From Octopus sinensis (lineage: Eukaryota), in contig NW_021835737.1 of NCBI RefSeq assembly GCF_006345805.1, positions 1 through 27,842 on the forward strand: DNA of 27,842 bases, given 5' to 3'. Shown piece by piece: positions 23,401 to 27,842 of the stretch (positions are counted from its first letter, which is position 1; each line of letters begins with the position of its first letter). The notes under the pieces were generated by a model. The model was given only the letters and a program-made list of their open reading frames with translations. It did no database searches and was not told where the DNA came from. Position numbers and translations under genes: made by a program.

Positions 23401-23849
23401 GGCGAGAAAGATATGCCATAATATACATCTGGAAGATCCTAGAAGGACTTGCCCCAAACTTTGGCATCGAGAGTTACAAAATGCTAGAACTGGGCGCCAC
23501 TGCATAGTGCCAAGGACTCCAAATTTGCCATCAAAATGTAGGACAAGATACTGTGATAGCCTGGGCTTCAGAGACCCACAGCTCTTCAATATCCTCCCGA
23601 AGAACCTGAGAGACCTGCATGGGGTGGATGCAGATGTCTTTAAAATAAAACTGGATCTCTTCCTGTTAGGTGTCCCAGATGAACCAACTTCACGGCAGGA
23701 GGTGCAGATGAGGGCAGATGCATCGAACTCTCTCATGCACCAAATGGCAATTGCTAAAAAGCATTCGTGAAGTAAAATCATGTATCAACACCAAATGGCG
23801 TTGCCCCAGCATGGGCATAGCTTGTGAGCTGAAACTAGATAAAAAAAAA
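20470..23849 (+). mobile_element. 5'-truncated, degenerate CR1/L2-group LINE (ORF1 3' remnant, APE, RT, 3' UTR, poly-A)
   Basis: APE motifs LTETHL, GGVAIYIR, YRPP, MGDFN, LDLCFTN, SDHN. RT motifs YRP..LTSH, QHGFRPGRSC, LDFAKAFDKVDH, SGVPQGTVLGPLLF, YADDTK. C-terminal DYCSQLWSP. Ends in gagctgaaactagat(A)9. Confidence 0.92.
20881..23770 (+). pseudogene. LINE ORF2 (endonuclease and reverse transcriptase), multiply frameshifted
   Basis: Consecutive ORF-track fragments 20881-21621, 21576-21887, 22006-22503, 22775-23401 and 23507-23770 lie in different frames. Confidence 0.9.
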
Positions 23850-24055
23850 TATATATATACATACATATTTCTACATATATATATATATATATCATATACC
23901 CGCTCACACACATACACACACACACGCACTCACATACACATACGCATTCACACACACACATCTCGGCTTCTTTCTTTCTCTTTTTATTTTTCAAAGAAGG
24001 GAAGTTTGAGCTGGCATATGGGTGGGGGAGAGGTTTCTAGGGCTGCTATTTTTTG

Positions 24056-24086
<31 letters not shown>

Positions 24087-24558
24087 ACTTTCTTACTTTC
24101 TTCTTCCTTCTTTTCTTTATTTCCTTTTTCAAAGAAGGTAAGGGTGAGAAGATAGAGAAATGGAGAGAGAGAGAGAAATATATCCAAAGATATAGAGCTG
24201 TAAGTGACCTTCTATGTACCCAAAATCCCGGTCTTCCAAGAAGTCAAATGAAATCTTTAGAAATTTCTAAAAGTTTCTACTGCTGTGTGAGGAGGTGGAT
24301 GTGGGTCACGGCTGCTTACTGACCTCCCCTACCCCCACAACTGCATACAGTACCGAAGCAATGTTTGAATGTTTGAAAATATTAAAACAGCCGGTGGAGG
24401 CCAATGCTGACCCGTGGCCTAGATATGCTGCAGCCCTCAGCCTCATACCTACAAATACATATTGAATACTTATTACATTAAATATTTTAACTGGAATTAA
24501 TACTATGTGTGGTCAGAATTGATATCTAACTGGTCATGTCTCACTAATTTGTTATATA

Positions 24559-24858
24559 TCTATATATATTAAAGTGTAGTTGCGTGAGTGTCTGTCCCCT
24601 TCGATTTAGATTTCTAACTACTCCCACATTTTGCGGTGCAGTTTAACCAAAACCGGGTATCTTATAGTCGTGATTCCTATCGAGCCCGTCTGGGTACTAG
24701 CGCGCGTCTACGATGAGTCTACGATTTAAAAAATAATTTAACATCATATTTTTTCCATTTTTAATGCATTTTTTTGCTATGTTTTTGGCTATAACTCTCT
24801 AAAAATGCAGTATAGTTATTTCCCTTACAAACCCGAGCAACGCCGGGCGATTCTGCTA

Positions 24859-24859
<1 letters not shown>
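24559..24859 (+). mobile_element. Non-autonomous Helitron, about 300 bp
   Basis: 5' TC preceded by A, a subterminal hairpin cccg-a-gc-aac-gc-cggg (24832-24847), and a 3' CTAG followed by T. No TSD. Confidence 0.7.
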
Positions 24860-24894
<35 letters not shown>

Positions 24895-24895
<1 letters not shown>

Positions 24896-25904
24896 TATCA
24901 TCATCAGAAGATAAGTAAAATTAATTAAAATGACAGATGTATCGGACTTTCAAAGAGGTCAAATTGTTGGTGCTCGTATGGCAGGCGCTAGCGTAACGAA
25001 AACAGCCGAAATGTTTGGTGTATCAAGAACTACTCTCTCGAAAGTAATGATAGCCTTTGAGAAACGGAAAAACCTCCTCCTCGAAACAAAACTCCAGAAG
25101 AAAATCAAAACTTCCAGAGAACCCAGTTTTCACTAAAAGTGTTCGCCGGGAGCTGCACAAAGCCAAATTTCACGGTCGGGCTGCAATCAGAAAACCACTA
25201 TCTTCAAAAAACAAACGTTGCAAAGCGTTTAGAGTGAAGTAAACACCTACAGAATTGCTCCTTAGAGCAGAGGAAGAATATTATTTTCTCGGACGAATCA
25301 TCGTTTACCTTATTTCCGACCACCGGCCGAGTATACGTGTGGAGACAGCCACAAGAAGCATTTGACTCAGACTGCCTTCTTCCAACTGTTAAACATGGAG
25401 GCGGATCTATATCTTGGAAATCCGCCGGCCCAATGTTTTCCCGTCATGGCAGAATTAATAGTCTAGACTACTAAAGAATTTTATCTGATCAAATTCATCT
25501 TATGGTTGCGGAACTGTTTCCCGAGAGAAACGCAATCTTTTAGGATGATAATACACCAATTCACACAGCTAAAGTTGTTACTAAATTGCACGAGGAACAT
25601 TCTAGTGGAGTTGAACATCTTATCTGGCCACCACAGTTCCCAGATCTCAATATTATTGAACATTTATGGTGCCTTTTAGGAAAACAAGTAAGGAGTCGAT
25701 ATCCTCCACCATCGTCACTACAAGAACTGAAGACAGTTTTAGCTAAAAAATGGAGAAAAATTACTTTGGAAACAATTCAAACTTTGTACGAGTCCATACC
25801 TCGACGAATTCAAGCTATAATTACTGCCGAAGGCGTTCCCACCCCGTATTAAAATAAAATCGTTTGAAATTTTAAGGTCTTTCCATTATTTTATCGAACC
25901 TGTG
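24895..25904 (+). mobile_element. Defective Tc1-family element with DD36E spacing (Incomer-like); left TIR missing
   Basis: MTDVSDFQRGQIVGARMAGASVTKTAEMFGVSR, IIFSDESSFTLFPTTGRVYVWR, and F*DDNTPIH...WPPQFPDLNIIEHLW with 36 residues between D and E. The frame ends at EGVPTPY* and the right end ttccattattttatcgaacctgtg is followed by TA. It has an internal deletion after the first HTH. Confidence 0.85.
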
Positions 25905-25964
25905 TATGTACGTATATACATACATACATATATATGAGAGCGATACAAACACACATATATATAT

Positions 25965-26024
<60 letters not shown>

Positions 26025-26035
26025 TGAGTGAGAGA
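25965..26035. repeat. (GA)n microsatellite
   Basis: Direct dinucleotide repeat. Confidence 0.95.
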
Positions 26036-26359
26036 GAGTATATCCAACAGCTATTTGTTATTATATATACTTGAAGGTAAGCGCTAAAGGACTGAAGCAG
26101 TTTTCGGCCGTGTGTCAATGTGGGCCTCGAACGTCAGGTTTCATAGTTTGGAACTTTCAAATATACCTGCGGTGATGGTCCAGTGTGTTTAAGCATAAAT
26201 GTAGGCAGGGAGTTGAGGGGATGGGATCAGTCAGCCGCATCTCCTTTCCACCTCCCAACTCATCTTGAAAGCTCTTTAGAAATTTGAAAAGTTTTAATGT
26301 GTCTCTTTGTAAGTCTGAGGTGCAGGGGACACACATTCTTTATATATATAAATAGTTAA

Positions 26360-27477
26360 GTGTCTAGCAACAAGTTGCTTCACCACAAACTGAAAATTTA
26401 GGAATAGCAGACAAAGACAGCAAAATCGTTTTACTAGAGACATAGTGAAAGGAATTACCTGTCCTCAGCTGCTAATTCTAAAATTTCGGTGTGTGGTGAA
26501 GTAACTTTTTGCTAAACCCTTAATTATATTTATAATTATATATATAAAAAAATTTTTGTGCAAGTTTTTAACGAAAATGTTTCTCTTTCCATACCGAAAT
26601 TACTTGGTAACATTTATTAATTATTAAATTAATGATTCTTTACCCTAATTGGGCAAATAATTATGGGATGTAGTCTACTAGTAGTACTACAAAATTCCAA
26701 GAAACACACACACACATATCTTATTAGCTTCTTCGTTTCGTTTTCTTTTTAAAGTAGTTATAGGTGTAGGATAGGTCGCATTTTGGGGCAGCTATTCATT
26801 GCTCATCTCCCACCATCACCCTCAAATATACACACGTCTTTTAGCTTCTGTCTTTCTTTCATTTTTTCATTTAATGTAATGGTGAGACGGTAAAGGTTGG
26901 TATTTTGGCCTGCTATTTTCTGCTTATCTCCCCCGTCCCATCACAAACACACTCACATTTCAATAGCTTCTTCATTTCTTTCTGTCTTTCTTTCTTTAAT
27001 ATTTTAAAGAAGGTGGGGGTTGAGCTAGAATAGGTGTGGGGTACGTAGTTATTTGTGGCTAGTATTGGCTGCTTAACTCCCAGCCCCCATCACTCTCTCT
27101 CTCTCTCTCTCTTTACTTCTTTCTCTCACACACACATCCCTATAAGTCCTTACGTAGACACATGTCAGGTACAAATAATTCATGGGAGCTATTGGGGACA
27201 TTTAGGTAGAACTGCGTCGTAAGCTTTGGACGCAACATTCCATGCGTGACCTCTTCTGTGAGCCATACGATGGGCTTTTACCTTTATCCATAGTACATTT
27301 AAAGGTATATGTATTATATCTGTCTTGAAGAATAGTATCTTCAGGGGTAAATATAATATATATTAGTTTTGATGAATCGTTTATAATTGTTGGTATAAGA
27401 CTTCAGCATTAGTATAAGTAATAAAAGGTAATACATTATATGCGTGCGCATAAACACGCATATATATATATATATAG

Positions 27478-27530
<53 letters not shown>

Positions 27531-27662
27531 GTCACAAAAAATTTAGATTCAAATGAATATGGTACTTAATTTAGATGCACCAGAATTTTGGATGGTGTTA
27601 TCCATATGAATCCGTGGCGTGATCATAATCAAAATAAGCAACAAGAATGACTCCGGTCGTGG

Positions 27663-27740
<78 letters not shown>

Positions 27741-27842
27741 GTGTGTGTGTTTGTAAGGCGAAAGAAAGATGATATTGACTTATACACTCTATATATAGTT
27801 ATATAGGTGCCTGTAATTATATGAAGCTATACATATATATAT
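26360..27842. repeat. Start of a further paralogous unit, running off the window end
   Basis: Hairpin block, sub-repeat block, the 27535 landmark and gtaaggcgaaagaaagatgatattgac occur in the same order as at 4780-6550 and 12590-14000. Confidence 0.7.

Noticed and set aside
20439-23929. Minus-strand ORFs overlapping the LINE (e.g. 23320-23781, 21724-22011)
   Set aside because: They are antisense shadows of ORF2 with no recognisable motifs.

Overview
AT-rich eukaryotic genomic DNA with spliceosomal introns, dense (TA)n/(CA)n/(TCTA)n microsatellites and many transposon remnants. The SINE families look like coleoid cephalopod (Octopus-type) repeats; this comes from recognition, not a database search. 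Most ORFs in the supplied track are microsatellite read-throughs. The real gene content, largely missed by the track, is two near-identical four-exon C2H2 zinc-finger genes on the minus strand, 7247 bp apart (8713-9767 and 15960-17014). They lie in a tandem segmental duplication. An earlier unit (about 3200-3900) keeps both flanks but has lost the gene, and a further unit appears to begin at the window end. Transposon remnants are a 5'-truncated CR1/L2-group LINE (about 20470-23849), a DD41D-like Tc1/mariner with a 150-bp deleted paralogue, a DD36E (Incomer-like) Tc1, a non-autonomous Helitron, hAT-like and unclassified MITEs, and two SINE families. The most unusual signal is a set of 145-205 bp fold-back palindromes in or beside (TA)n tracts. 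One (6245-6403) carries a near-canonical minimal type-I hammerhead ribozyme on both strands, and several others carry decayed hammerhead-like cores. This pattern suggests termini of Penelope-like retroelements.
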